This document shows, piece by piece, positions 19,856-28,529 of a stretch of DNA of 64,000 nucleotides. The position numbers and the translations under genes are program-made. The notes under the pieces are model-generated. The model did not search any database, had not been told where the DNA came from, and was given only the letters and a program-made list of their open reading frames with translations. The stretch comes from an uncultured Methanoregulaceae archaeon (lineage in GTDB: Archaea > Halobacteriota > Methanomicrobia > Methanomicrobiales > Methanospirillaceae): contig CAWJAX010000005.1 of the NCBI GenBank assembly GCA_963841015.1, positions 384,001 to 448,000 of the forward strand, in the 5' to 3' direction. The stretch's first letter is position 1. The number at the start of each line of letters is the position of its first letter.

Positions 19856-19889
19856 CTGTATACAGCTCAACTTTGTACATATTTATACA
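19856..19889 (-). promoter_or_regulatory. trp operon promoter: TATA box overlapped by TRP-box-like sites
   Basis: Minus strand reads TGTATA-AATA-TGTACA (19889-19874), which contains TATAAATA; palindrome CTGTATACAG at 19856-19865. Confidence 0.6.
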
Positions 19890-20056
19890 TTGTTGTATTT
19901 TGTTGGTTATTGATGCATTTTTAAATGCATAATAGCAATTATTGACCAATGGATTCATTCATGCATGATTTGATGAAAAAATGTAGATCGAATAAATGCC
20001 TGGCGGTTATGCATTATCGCTGTTTATGACAGGGCTTTAAATTTTTTGTTTCAGGA

Positions 20057-20428
20057 TTACTCGGTTTTTACTCCACGCACTTTCAACTCTTCAGCCTTTT
20101 TTTTCGAACACTCCTCACACCTGAATTCAGGCTCATGATCCATTGTCCTGTCATATTCTCCCGATCTGACAAGGCGGTATCCCCGGGCAACCTTTCCGCA
20201 GTCCACGCATGAGATATTGTCTTTGACCTCCCACTGTGCAGCGAGCGATTGTGATGTAAAGATGAACTGGTCCACCCAGAAAAAGATCAGTCCTCCAATC
20301 AGGTTTGCCACTATAGCTGCGACTAGCCAGCCATACGGGGCTAACAGGATGCCGACCCCGGCCAGGATTGGGGTGCTTGCCTGCCAACGGAGGAGGTAGA
20401 GCCCGTATCGCTTGTAATTGACCTGCAT
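20057..20428 (-). CDS. Conserved hypothetical membrane protein with C-terminal zinc ribbon
   Basis: Two hydrophobic segments followed by CVDC and CEEC. Confidence 0.75.
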   Translation of the reverse strand: MQVNYKRYGLYLLRWQASTPILAGVGILLAPYGWLVAAIVANLIGGLIFFWVDQFIFTSQSLAAQWEVKDNISCVDCGKVARGYRLVRSGEYDRTMDHEPEFRCEECSKKKAEELKVRGVKTE

Positions 20429-20703
20429 ACCAGATGATTCTCAAACCGAATAATAGTTCTTGTGATAAGAGCAGGCCGAGTCAATGAGGCTGCGTTTAAC
20501 GATTACATTTACTAAAACAATCTTCTGGTTTTTTCTGGGAATCCCCGGGAAGGAGAAGAGATTTCAAGGCTCTTCGAAATGGCGTAAATTCCGGCGTTTA
20601 AAACCGGGAGAAATGCACAAATTACCCCAAATGCAGGAAGGAAGGTCAATCACTATATAGGAAACATGACAAATCCTGTACAGCCTTTCTGGTGAAGAAG
20701 CGT

Positions 20704-21318
20704 ATGGTAAGCTATCAAAAGAAGCCGTTGAGCTGGATTTTTGTTACACGGATGATGACGATCATCTGTTTTCTGATCGTCATGGTCCTGGCAACGATCC
20801 TGACGACAGTCACCACACCCGAGGGTCCTTATCAAAGTGCAGCCGATGGTATTCTTTTTTCAAATTTCTGGCTTCTGCTCTTCATTCTGATTATCTGGTT
20901 TGTTGCTGACATATTCGGTACATTTAAATTTCCCCTTAACCTGCCAGCCCCTATTATCAGGGCTTTTGGCAGTGCATTCTGCATAGCATTCATCCTGATT
21001 GTCTTTCAATGGGTGGACAATACGTATGGCACTACAGTATCGCAGTTCTTTTGGCTGATCCCCTCGGTAATTGTTCCTCTCGTTTTTCTCATCATTCTCG
21101 CAACCGGGTATTATGTTATCTTCAGGCAGCTCTCTGAGCAACCAAAGACCGAAAGTGAAGGGGAAAGTGATACTATTCTGGTGAATGGTGAACGGTATGT
21201 CTCAGCAGCTCAGTCGACTTCAGATGCGAGATCATGGGAAGAAATCGGAGCGGAGTTCCGGGTGATGCTCTATGATATCTTCCACCGCATCCGCGAAGAT
21301 ATCCGGATAAGGAAATAA
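20704..21318 (+). CDS. Hypothetical membrane protein (about four TM segments)
   Basis: Hydrophobic ORF with FPLNLPAPII and SWEEIGAEFR segments; GGTGA upstream of the ATG. Confidence 0.75.
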   Translation: MVSYQKKPLSWIFVTRMMTIICFLIVMVLATILTTVTTPEGPYQSAADGILFSNFWLLLFILIIWFVADIFGTFKFPLNLPAPIIRAFGSAFCIAFILIVFQWVDNTYGTTVSQFFWLIPSVIVPLVFLIILATGYYVIFRQLSEQPKTESEGESDTILVNGERYVSAAQSTSDARSWEEIGAEFRVMLYDIFHRIREDIRIRK

Positions 21319-21338
21319 AAAAGCGAAACCTGGTTAAA

Positions 21339-21572
21339 TCACCAGTCAGGATTATCCAGAAGGAATTTCTTTTCTTTTGCTTCAAGTTCTTCAGGAATCA
21401 GGTGTGCAGGCATACAGATGCACCGGTGCTCTATAAAGATACCTTCTCTGAAGGATCCCTGTGTTTCTCCAGGTCGACATGCCCCATACACATCAGCATC
21501 GCAATCATGATAGACCTGCGGAAGTCCCTCACGGGCTGCACATTCCTTTGCTTCTTTCCAAGATATTGCCAT
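21339..21572 (-). CDS. Small Cys-containing hypothetical protein
   Basis: 77-aa ATG ORF with HDCD, GAC and HRCIC; TATA-like sequence near 21611-21620. Confidence 0.7.
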   Translation of the reverse strand: MAISWKEAKECAAREGLPQVYHDCDADVYGACRPGETQGSFREGIFIEHRCICMPAHLIPEELEAKEKKFLLDNPDW

Positions 21573-21685
21573 AGTACAAGTACAGGTCAGGCAAAACAGA
21601 AGAGGATTTCTTTTTTATAAAGGGATCCCACAGAGTGGTGCTTTATAGATCAAAAACCATAAAAAAGGGAGAAAATTTAATCAGA

Positions 21686-21853
21686 TCAGTACCGGGGTTT
21701 CCGGTGTTTTGGGAGGCAGTCTCTGCAATAGACAGGCCTGCCCTCTGTTGGCTTGAAGGGGACTTCGCATTCTTTTCCACAGTCTGAACAGACCGTTTTT
21801 GTCATTTCTCTGGGACCGAAGTTTTTCGGGCTGCCATAACTCTTCTTTTCCAT
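21686..21853 (-). CDS. CxxC-x17-CxxC domain protein
   Basis: PREMTKTVCSDCGKECEVPFKPTEGRPVYCRDC; ATG at 21853; TTTATAAT about 50 nt upstream. Confidence 0.88.
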   Translation of the reverse strand: MEKKSYGSPKNFGPREMTKTVCSDCGKECEVPFKPTEGRPVYCRDCLPKHRKPRY

Positions 21854-21952
21854 ATTATTACTCTTGCAGTTTTTGTTCTGCAGTTTAAATATTTCTGCCA
21901 AGATTATAAATACATCTGCATGGTGACGAATGAGTTTAGCCCTGTTACAATC

Positions 21953-23083
21953 TCAGGGGATGATCTCACATCCGTTATACTTTTCATGGGAAAAATCTGC
22001 TCGATGAATTGCACCGCAGGCGATAAGGTCTCTTACACGAGGAAGAGCCTTCATCAGACCTGTATGAAGAGTTTCTACGGTACTGCAGACTATCCTGCGC
22101 TCATTCACCCCCCATGGTTTTATAATGTTTGAATAGAGGCATCTCCCCCCACAGAATCCGCGGATTTGACAGTCTGCACACTCCCCATTTACCATAACGA
22201 CCGGAAGATTGCGGGGGTCAGAATCCAGTATGTGCCCTACGTAGTACTGCGACATCCCTATCATCACCGGGCAGGGAGCGATGTGTCCGTCGGTCATAAT
22301 ACTGTAGTTGGCATACCCTGAACCGCACCTGAGACTGCTCTGGCGTTCAAGAAGAAGGTCTTCCATGGGATCAAGGAATGGGTACCAGTGCAACACCTCC
22401 CCCTCGTTTTCCATATGGTCAACCCAGTCTGATACGAGTCTGAGGATACCAGGATTGTAGTTCTCAATAACCCAGTCTCCAAACTGTCGATGTGAAAAAT
22501 CATCGGCAAAATTGGCATCCAGTTGCCAGTGAATGGAAGGGAAGGAATAATCCGGGTTGTCAGCAAGCCAGTGGACTTCTTCGGCAATATCCGTATTCTC
22601 ATTTACGGTCATACGGGCAATAAGTTCATGAATATACCCATTATAGCGGATTTTTTTAATATTCTCCATTACTTTCCGGTACGTCCCTTCACCCCGGTTT
22701 GCATCCGTCAGCTCCTTCCTCCCGTCTAGAGAGACAAGGATCGTAGAGAAACGGTTGATAATTTCAGGAGATAACCGGTCAAGCAGGAGCCCGTTGGTCT
22801 GAATCATAAACCGGTGCACCGGTGCTTCCCGAACGATAGTGCTGACAAGATCTGGGCGCATCAGTGGTTCGCCACCATAGAAGGTGAGTGTTGCTGAAGG
22901 ATCCTTTTTTAAAAAATTGTAGATAAGAGGGAGATCAACATCAAGTTCTGGGGGAAGAAACCGGTCTATCTCCAGGGATACTTTATCCGGGCCCTCCGCA
23001 CCTTCCTTAGCTTCGAATATTTTACCCCGGCAGTAGCTGCAGCAGAGATTACACTCATCTGTGACTATGAGGTGGAAGTGCAC
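21953..23083 (-). CDS. Radical SAM/SPASM protein, AF0577 (TIGR04084)-like
   Basis: CNLCCSYC, FYGGEPL, LRCGSG-PCP and CADC-CGGRC SPASM cysteines; ends in GCEIIP; GTG start at 23083. Confidence 0.85.
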   Translation of the reverse strand: MHFHLIVTDECNLCCSYCRGKIFEAKEGAEGPDKVSLEIDRFLPPELDVDLPLIYNFLKKDPSATLTFYGGEPLMRPDLVSTIVREAPVHRFMIQTNGLLLDRLSPEIINRFSTILVSLDGRKELTDANRGEGTYRKVMENIKKIRYNGYIHELIARMTVNENTDIAEEVHWLADNPDYSFPSIHWQLDANFADDFSHRQFGDWVIENYNPGILRLVSDWVDHMENEGEVLHWYPFLDPMEDLLLERQSSLRCGSGYANYSIMTDGHIAPCPVMIGMSQYYVGHILDSDPRNLPVVMVNGECADCQIRGFCGGRCLYSNIIKPWGVNERRIVCSTVETLHTGLMKALPRVRDLIACGAIHRADFSHEKYNGCEIIP

Positions 23084-23227
23084 GAAAATCTTATCACATA
23101 TGAGATGTGACAGACGATAAAAGGGCAGCATGCAATGGCTGGGTTTTTTGCCGTGGCGAAAAAAATCCCATAAATTTTTTTGAGAAATGCCACAATCTAT
23201 AAACAACCATTCTGGTAATAATCCGGT

Positions 23228-24589
23228 ATGTCCGTGGACCGGTATTATGCTCCAGAGATTGAGACTATGGAGCGGGGAGATCTCGATGCTTTGATAGATG
23301 AACGGGTGCGCTACACCGTTCAATACGCCGCTGAACATTCCCCGTTTTACCGGAAGTGGTTCTCTGAGAACAACATCAACCCCGCAGAAATCAGGGAACA
23401 TGAGGATCTCCTGACCCTGCCAGTTATTTCAGGAAAAACAATAAGGGAGCACCAGCCCCCTGTTACACCTGAATTTGAATTTTTATCCACCAGCTGGAGC
23501 AACGTCTTTTCTATTCAGGAAACAAGTGGGACAAGTGGAACACCCAAGGGTTTTTTCCTGACCTGGGATGACTGGAAGCGTTATGCTGAGAAGTACGCCC
23601 GGAGTTTCGTCTCACAGGGATTTTCGAATAAGGACCGGATTGTAGTCTGCGCATCGTATGGCATGAATGTTGGTGCGAATACGATGACGATAGCCGCACA
23701 GCGCATTGGCATGGGTATTATCCCCATTGGAAAATGTACCTTTGAATCACGGATTCTGAAAAGTTATAAACCCACATCAATTGTGGGGAGTATATTCAAA
23801 CTGCTCAGGCTCGCACGACGGCTCTCTTCGGAAGGGATCAAAACTTCTGACACATCGATCGATAAGCTGGTCGCTGGTGGTGAGGCTTTTGCGGACGAAT
23901 CCCGGGCCTATCTTGCCGAATTGTGGGGAGTGCCGGTCTTTAACACTTATGGGAGCACGGAAGGTACGATGTGTGGTGAATGCACGCAGATTGCCGGGCT
24001 TCATGTCCCTGAAGATCTCGTCCACCTTGATGTCTATGATCCCCGGATGCAGTCGTTTGTGAATGATGGTGAGTGCGGGAGGGGAGTGCTTACCACGCTG
24101 CTGCCGGTTGGTGGTAAGTGTGGTATGTTGCTGATCAATTATGATACCGAGGACACTACTGTAGTTCTCACCCGCGAGCGCTGCAGGTGCGGAAGGACTC
24201 ACATGCGCATCATCAATCCCCAGAGAGAAGCAGAAACCATCTGGTTATTCGGGAACCCTTTCAACCGAAGTGACATAGAGGCAGCAGTTTTCCAGCATCC
24301 GAGTATGGCATATATTACCGGCGAGTATGAAGCCTATGTGTACGATGGGGATATGCCGGGGGAATCCGTGTTGCGGGTTAATCTCGAGTGCTTTGATCCG
24401 GAACACTGCGACCGGCACCTTGTAGAAGATCAGTTTGTTTCGCGTTTCCTGAAGTACAAATCATTGATCGCAGAACACTATCACGACCAGTCATTCCACA
24501 TCGAATTTAAATTTACCGGGCCCCGGGGGCTCGATTTCTATACACTGAAAGGACGCCCAAAACGACTTGTTGACAGAAGGGAACACTGA
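23228..24589 (+). CDS. ftsA: Coenzyme F390 synthetase
   Basis: ETSGTSGTPK AMP-binding loop; CASYGMNVGA, YGSTEG, LINYDTED and GRPKRLVDRR motifs. Confidence 0.85.
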   Translation: MSVDRYYAPEIETMERGDLDALIDERVRYTVQYAAEHSPFYRKWFSENNINPAEIREHEDLLTLPVISGKTIREHQPPVTPEFEFLSTSWSNVFSIQETSGTSGTPKGFFLTWDDWKRYAEKYARSFVSQGFSNKDRIVVCASYGMNVGANTMTIAAQRIGMGIIPIGKCTFESRILKSYKPTSIVGSIFKLLRLARRLSSEGIKTSDTSIDKLVAGGEAFADESRAYLAELWGVPVFNTYGSTEGTMCGECTQIAGLHVPEDLVHLDVYDPRMQSFVNDGECGRGVLTTLLPVGGKCGMLLINYDTEDTTVVLTRERCRCGRTHMRIINPQREAETIWLFGNPFNRSDIEAAVFQHPSMAYITGEYEAYVYDGDMPGESVLRVNLECFDPEHCDRHLVEDQFVSRFLKYKSLIAEHYHDQSFHIEFKFTGPRGLDFYTLKGRPKRLVDRREH

Positions 24590-24881
24590 CGTTTAATTGA
24601 GGAGGATAACGGCAATTTACCCGGCGGGATCCCTCTTGCTGAGATCCAAGAGCCGTTAGGATACACTCACACACATTGCCCTGCCCCCCGGGAGGTATCC
24701 TTGTCTGAACTGCAAAAGATGCGCTTTTCCCTGTTAAAAAAATTACGGCGTAAGTGTTGAATAAAACCGAAATTTAACCGAATAAATCAAAACAGAGCGA
24801 TTTAATTGGGATTCTAATCGGCCTTAATAGTGCGTCACAATGCCAAAAATACCCTCAAAATTTTGGTAAAAATCAGGATTT

Positions 24882-24960
24882 CGACGGACTTCCGACGGAA
24901 ACCTTTTATATTATCAGGCGTTAATTCTCATTATCAAAACCCAATCGTGGTTTTGAGGTG
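24882..24960 (+). promoter_or_regulatory. Promoter and 5' UTR of the small basic protein gene
   Basis: CGACGGA twice (24882, 24893), then GAAAC and TTTTATA; hairpin TCAAAACC/GGTTTTGA; Shine-Dalgarno GAGGTG. Confidence 0.55.
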
Positions 24961-24965
24961 TTTAA

Positions 24966-25181
24966 ATGGGAACCAAAATTGGAAAAGAAAAAATTCAGCG
25001 TGAAAAGGGTTACCTTTACTTCATCGGCAAAGACGGCTATGTATGGGCCGCCCCGATGAAGCACAACAAGACCGGCAAGAAGAAGAAAGTCGGCACTGAA
25101 AAGATCGCAAAAGAATCCGGTTTCATGTACTATATCGGCAAGGACGGATTCGTCGCGAAAGCCAAGATGAAAAACGCATAA
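24966..25181 (+). CDS. Small Lys-rich protein with two internal repeats; putative nucleic-acid-binding protein
   Basis: 71 aa with 17 Lys; duplicated K-G-EKI-xE-G-xY-IGKDG-V-xxxMK unit; strong SD. Confidence 0.85.
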   Translation: MGTKIGKEKIQREKGYLYFIGKDGYVWAAPMKHNKTGKKKKVGTEKIAKESGFMYYIGKDGFVAKAKMKNA

Positions 25182-25201
25182 TTACACTTTTGCTATTGCA
25201 C

Positions 25202-25243
25202 GCAGTCCGTCTGCATGCCGGAAAACCGGCATGACGGGACTGC
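25202..25243 (+). terminator. Strong stem-loop in the 3' UTR (stabiliser or terminator)
   Basis: GCAGTCC/GGACTGC outer stem and CATGCCGG-AAAA-CCGGCATG inner stem, about 20 nt after the stop. Confidence 0.5.
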
Positions 25244-25420
25244 ACATATTTTCTCCTGACAGGAAAGTATCTCGCTTCAGACTCTTTTACCTAATTTTAA
25301 AAATACGCTATAACTGCTTCAGAAGTCCTGCAGATATCCAATTCGCCGGACCTAAAGATTGAATTGCTTTGCCATGTAAAAATGGTTTAATTCCGGTATT
25401 TTTTAAGATGTGACTGTTCC

Positions 25421-26144
25421 ATGGTGTACCTTGTTGATAAAAAATTTCATGACTGGACACATGGACTGGACACCCGAGACAGTATGGTTTCAATCTTTGC
25501 GCATATCCGTGATATCCCGTACTCACTTATTGTTCCATTACAGGATCCCAAAACCTCAATGGAACAACTACTCATTGCTGGTAAAGGATCATGCGGCCCC
25601 AAGCACTACCTGCTCGCGGAGATGTACAGGAAACTGAATTTGAGTGTAGTATTTGCAACGATTGCATTCTCGTGGAACGACCCTGACCTCCAGTACCCTC
25701 CGGACATCCGAAAACAGGCTGTCCGGCTTCCTGTTGCATACCACCTCTCTTGCAGGGTTCAGATTGGGTGCCGCTGGATTCTGGTGGATGCAACGTGGGA
25801 TCGCCCTCTTGGCAGGGCCGGCTTCCCGGTCAATGATCATTGGGACGGTTATTCAGAAACAAGATGCGCTGTAAAACCCCTGATGTCTGCAGTGAGTGCC
25901 GCGTTCTGTCACAAAAGCAAAAACGATCGGTGCTCTATAAATGGAGAAGTCTGAACTTTACCCGATTGAAGGTGAGAAGGACCATTGGGATGGTGAGGAC
26001 CAGGCACGGTATTATCGCGAAAAGGTTTCTGCCCGTACACCAGATGAGTCAGAGCAGATTATGCGGTTTAATCATGATTTTGATGCCTGGCTGGATGACG
26101 TTCGGCAACAGAAGTACAATCTCTCTCCTTATGATTTAAAATAG
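25421..26144 (+). pseudogene. Transglutaminase-like protein, apparently split by a +1 frameshift at 25941-25954
   Basis: GSCGPKH, YHL and VDATWD catalytic-triad-like motifs in the first ORF; the second ORF continues in the +1 frame; may be a sequencing error or two overlapping genes. Confidence 0.55.
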
Positions 26145-26153
26145 AATTCCCCT

Positions 26154-27032
26154 TTAGGAATCTGATAGCAGATTCTTTCGCTCTTGAAGCCGCAGGTTCG
26201 CGGCAAAGGTGCGGGAGAGAAGTGGATTGACTGCCTGAGGGGGTAGTCCAAGGACTGCGGCTGCTTTTCCGGTGAGTTTCATCAGGTCAGGAAAATCATC
26301 GCCCATGGAAGCAAGAACAGCCTCGTGGATCTGCTGGAGATAGTCAAGCGCAAGGTCCATCCCCAGGTAAGCATCATCCCCGTTACGGGGCTCGTCCCAC
26401 GATGAAAGCAGGACCCTGATGCCCCGTATCGCTTTGAGTTTTTTTACCGATTGTACAGATAAAAGGGCATCATCATACACCGGCAGGTCTCCTGCAACAG
26501 GGACTGCATCACCAGAGAAGAGAGCCCCTTCCTGGTGCAGGAAGAGCGAGATTGAACCCGCAGAATGGCCAGGGGTGTACAAGACCTGCATCTCCCCTGC
26601 CCTGGTGTCATCGGGTTCAATCGAATCCCCCTCCACGAGTTCGTTATCGATATGCACCGATCCACCCACAAGCGTTGCGAATCCTGGTACCGGGCGCTCG
26701 CGGTTCTGGAGTGCCACATCTTCAATCCAAGAGCGTTCAGCCGGGTGTGCCGCGACGCTGCATCCGGTCAACTGCTGAATTGCCGCTGCTGCCCCTATAT
26801 GATCAGGGTGGGAGTGAGTCAGGATCATAAGTGCAATGTCAGATGGGTCGCGGCCAATGGACCGGATATACTCAAAGATGGTTTTCTCGCAACCAGCAAC
26901 ACCCGAATCAATCAATGTGATCATTTCACCAAAGATGATATACGAGAATACAAAGCGCTCGATGACCGCCCCGTCGTTGATCGGTATTTTGAATGAGTGC
27001 CTGAGTGCGTGGATAGAGGGGGTGATTTGCAC
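26154..27032 (-). CDS. MBL-fold metallo-hydrolase
   Basis: THSHPDHIG, TPGHS and FSGD motifs. Confidence 0.88.
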   Translation of the reverse strand: MQITPSIHALRHSFKIPINDGAVIERFVFSYIIFGEMITLIDSGVAGCEKTIFEYIRSIGRDPSDIALMILTHSHPDHIGAAAAIQQLTGCSVAAHPAERSWIEDVALQNRERPVPGFATLVGGSVHIDNELVEGDSIEPDDTRAGEMQVLYTPGHSAGSISLFLHQEGALFSGDAVPVAGDLPVYDDALLSVQSVKKLKAIRGIRVLLSSWDEPRNGDDAYLGMDLALDYLQQIHEAVLASMGDDFPDLMKLTGKAAAVLGLPPQAVNPLLSRTFAANLRLQERKNLLSDS

Positions 27033-27122
27033 GGTTTTTCCTGCGTGCGGGTAAAAAATCAGATTACAACTCCTGAAATTTTAAAAGAAATTTCCGGACT
27101 TGGTACCCAAAATACCCTGATA

Positions 27123-27196
27123 TGGGCCCGTCGTGATTCGAACACGAGATCTTCGCCGTGTGAAGGCGACGTCATAGCCAGCTAGACCACGAGCCC
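27123..27196 (-). tRNA. tRNA-Val(CAC)
   Basis: GGGCTCG/CGGGCCC acceptor stem; anticodon arm TCGCC-TTCACAC-GGCGA; TTCGAAT T-loop; no encoded CCA. Confidence 0.93.
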
Positions 27197-27199
27197 GTA

Positions 27200-27270
27200 T
27201 GCATCGACCGGGAATTGAACCCGGGCTATAGGCTTGGAAGGCCTAAGTCATACCACTAGACCATCGATGC
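27200..27270 (-). tRNA. tRNA-Gly(TCC)
   Basis: GCATCGA/TCGATGC acceptor stem; anticodon arm TAGGC-CTTCCAA-GCCTA; TTCAATT T-loop. Confidence 0.93.
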
Positions 27271-27382
27271 TATGATGCTTTACAATTTTAGTGAGCAGTA
27301 GTATTAATCATTCCCATTTCACGGTTTTAAAAAAAGAAAGAGGAATTGTATTTTTAAAAAAATGTTGTTTGAAGTATCTGCG

Positions 27383-28378
27383 TTAGTATCTTTCCGGTAC
27401 CAGGGCTGCAATAAAGGCAATTACCGGCCCGATAATAAGCCCTGCCCAGAAGAGCAGTCCCAGAAGTCCGATTATACCGAGCGAAAATCGATTCGGTTTC
27501 GATAACGGGAATGTTGAACGGGCAATACGAAGAATCCAGACCCCGAGTATGGCTGGAATGAATGCAAAGATGAGTGTTACAATCACACCAGCAGAAAGGC
27601 CAGTTACCATAAGGACCCGTACCATCTGAACAAGTAGAATGCATGCGCTACCAAAATAGCATAATCCGGCAATTGTAACAAGCCAGAATGACCATGGTTT
27701 TTTTATTGGTTTGTTTTGCTCTCGTCGGGCTATGAGGATAAGACCAAGAATCATGATTGTAAGGAGCGGTGCCAGGATTGCGATCAGGGACTGCCCCTCC
27801 CAAATATGCGTATTTATAACACTGACAGGTACGAGAATCCATTCTGAAATACTGAACTCCTCAAGGTAACCAACAGCAATACTGTACTGGGTTTCATCAG
27901 CCGGACTGACAATCGCGACATAGTAGCTTCCTGGCTGGGTGATGTTTTTTGAGTAGGATGCAACGTTAAAAATTGCAGCAGGAGTGAATGGTTCATACTC
28001 TGCAGTGACTGGTTTTTGACCCTTGATCACCTCCGCACTATAACCTTGCGGGATCTCAATGGTTTGAGGAAGAGTGGTGGTGGACCCGGAATTTCCCGGG
28101 CTCAGAACGATGATATCCGGGACCGGCGCATCGAATCCGGGAGTCATCAGAGAAAGCCTGAGCTGGTCACCGGAATTCAGGTTGAACCGGTAATACCCTC
28201 CCTCCCCGGCATCATGGAGATGCCCGTATATTACGTACGATTTGAGGGGATTTTCAATAAAAAGTGCTGAATTTAGATTATTATTATTGTCGGCACTGAT
28301 CGGTACGTGGGAATCCACCGGAAATATAATTCCCATCAGGATGATTAAAAACAGAAGAAGCAGCCAGCGTCTGGTCAT
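27383..28378 (-). CDS. Hypothetical membrane protein with signal peptide and extracellular beta-rich domain
   Basis: Hydrophobic N-terminus, YEPFTP and GSYYVAI segments, then several TM helices. Confidence 0.8.
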   Translation of the reverse strand: MTRRWLLLLFLIILMGIIFPVDSHVPISADNNNNLNSALFIENPLKSYVIYGHLHDAGEGGYYRFNLNSGDQLRLSLMTPGFDAPVPDIIVLSPGNSGSTTTLPQTIEIPQGYSAEVIKGQKPVTAEYEPFTPAAIFNVASYSKNITQPGSYYVAIVSPADETQYSIAVGYLEEFSISEWILVPVSVINTHIWEGQSLIAILAPLLTIMILGLILIARREQNKPIKKPWSFWLVTIAGLCYFGSACILLVQMVRVLMVTGLSAGVIVTLIFAFIPAILGVWILRIARSTFPLSKPNRFSLGIIGLLGLLFWAGLIIGPVIAFIAALVPERY

Positions 28379-28529
28379 GAAAAGTGTATCGATTCCTAGA
28401 GGATATAAACCTGAAGTTCGGACCAGCTACCCCCAGGAAAAAACAGATTGCAGGCAATCGGGTCACCGAGGGAGGGAACCTTCCATTAAAGAATCGTGCA
28501 TACCGGACTTTAAGCACAGGATACCTTTT

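Noticed and set aside
19725-19958. Classical Trp-codon attenuator peptide, or the 68-aa ORF at 19752-19958
   Set aside because: Neither ORF contains a Trp codon, and the 68-aa ORF runs across the predicted promoter.
23084-23401. Long N-terminal extension of the radical SAM ORF, and similar extensions of trpG, the cyclase, the HAD hydrolase and the PIN protein
   Set aside because: The extensions overlap neighbouring genes or promoters and lack family motifs; downstream starts with SD sequences or stop-start overlaps fit better.
24601-24702. HDV-like or twister ribozyme, or H/ACA guide RNA
   Set aside because: There is no P3/L3 element for HDV and no 3' pseudoknot strand for twister. An ACA lies at a plausible distance, but the K-loop GA pairs are missing. 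Kept only as an unclassified structured candidate.
25940-25960. Selenocysteine or pyrrolysine read-through explaining the split genes
   Set aside because: The continuation is in a different frame in both split genes, and another in-frame TGA follows within a few codons here.
25421-27270. Integrated element at the tRNA-Val 3' end
   Set aside because: I saw no integrase, no duplicated tRNA 3' end and no phage or plasmid genes.
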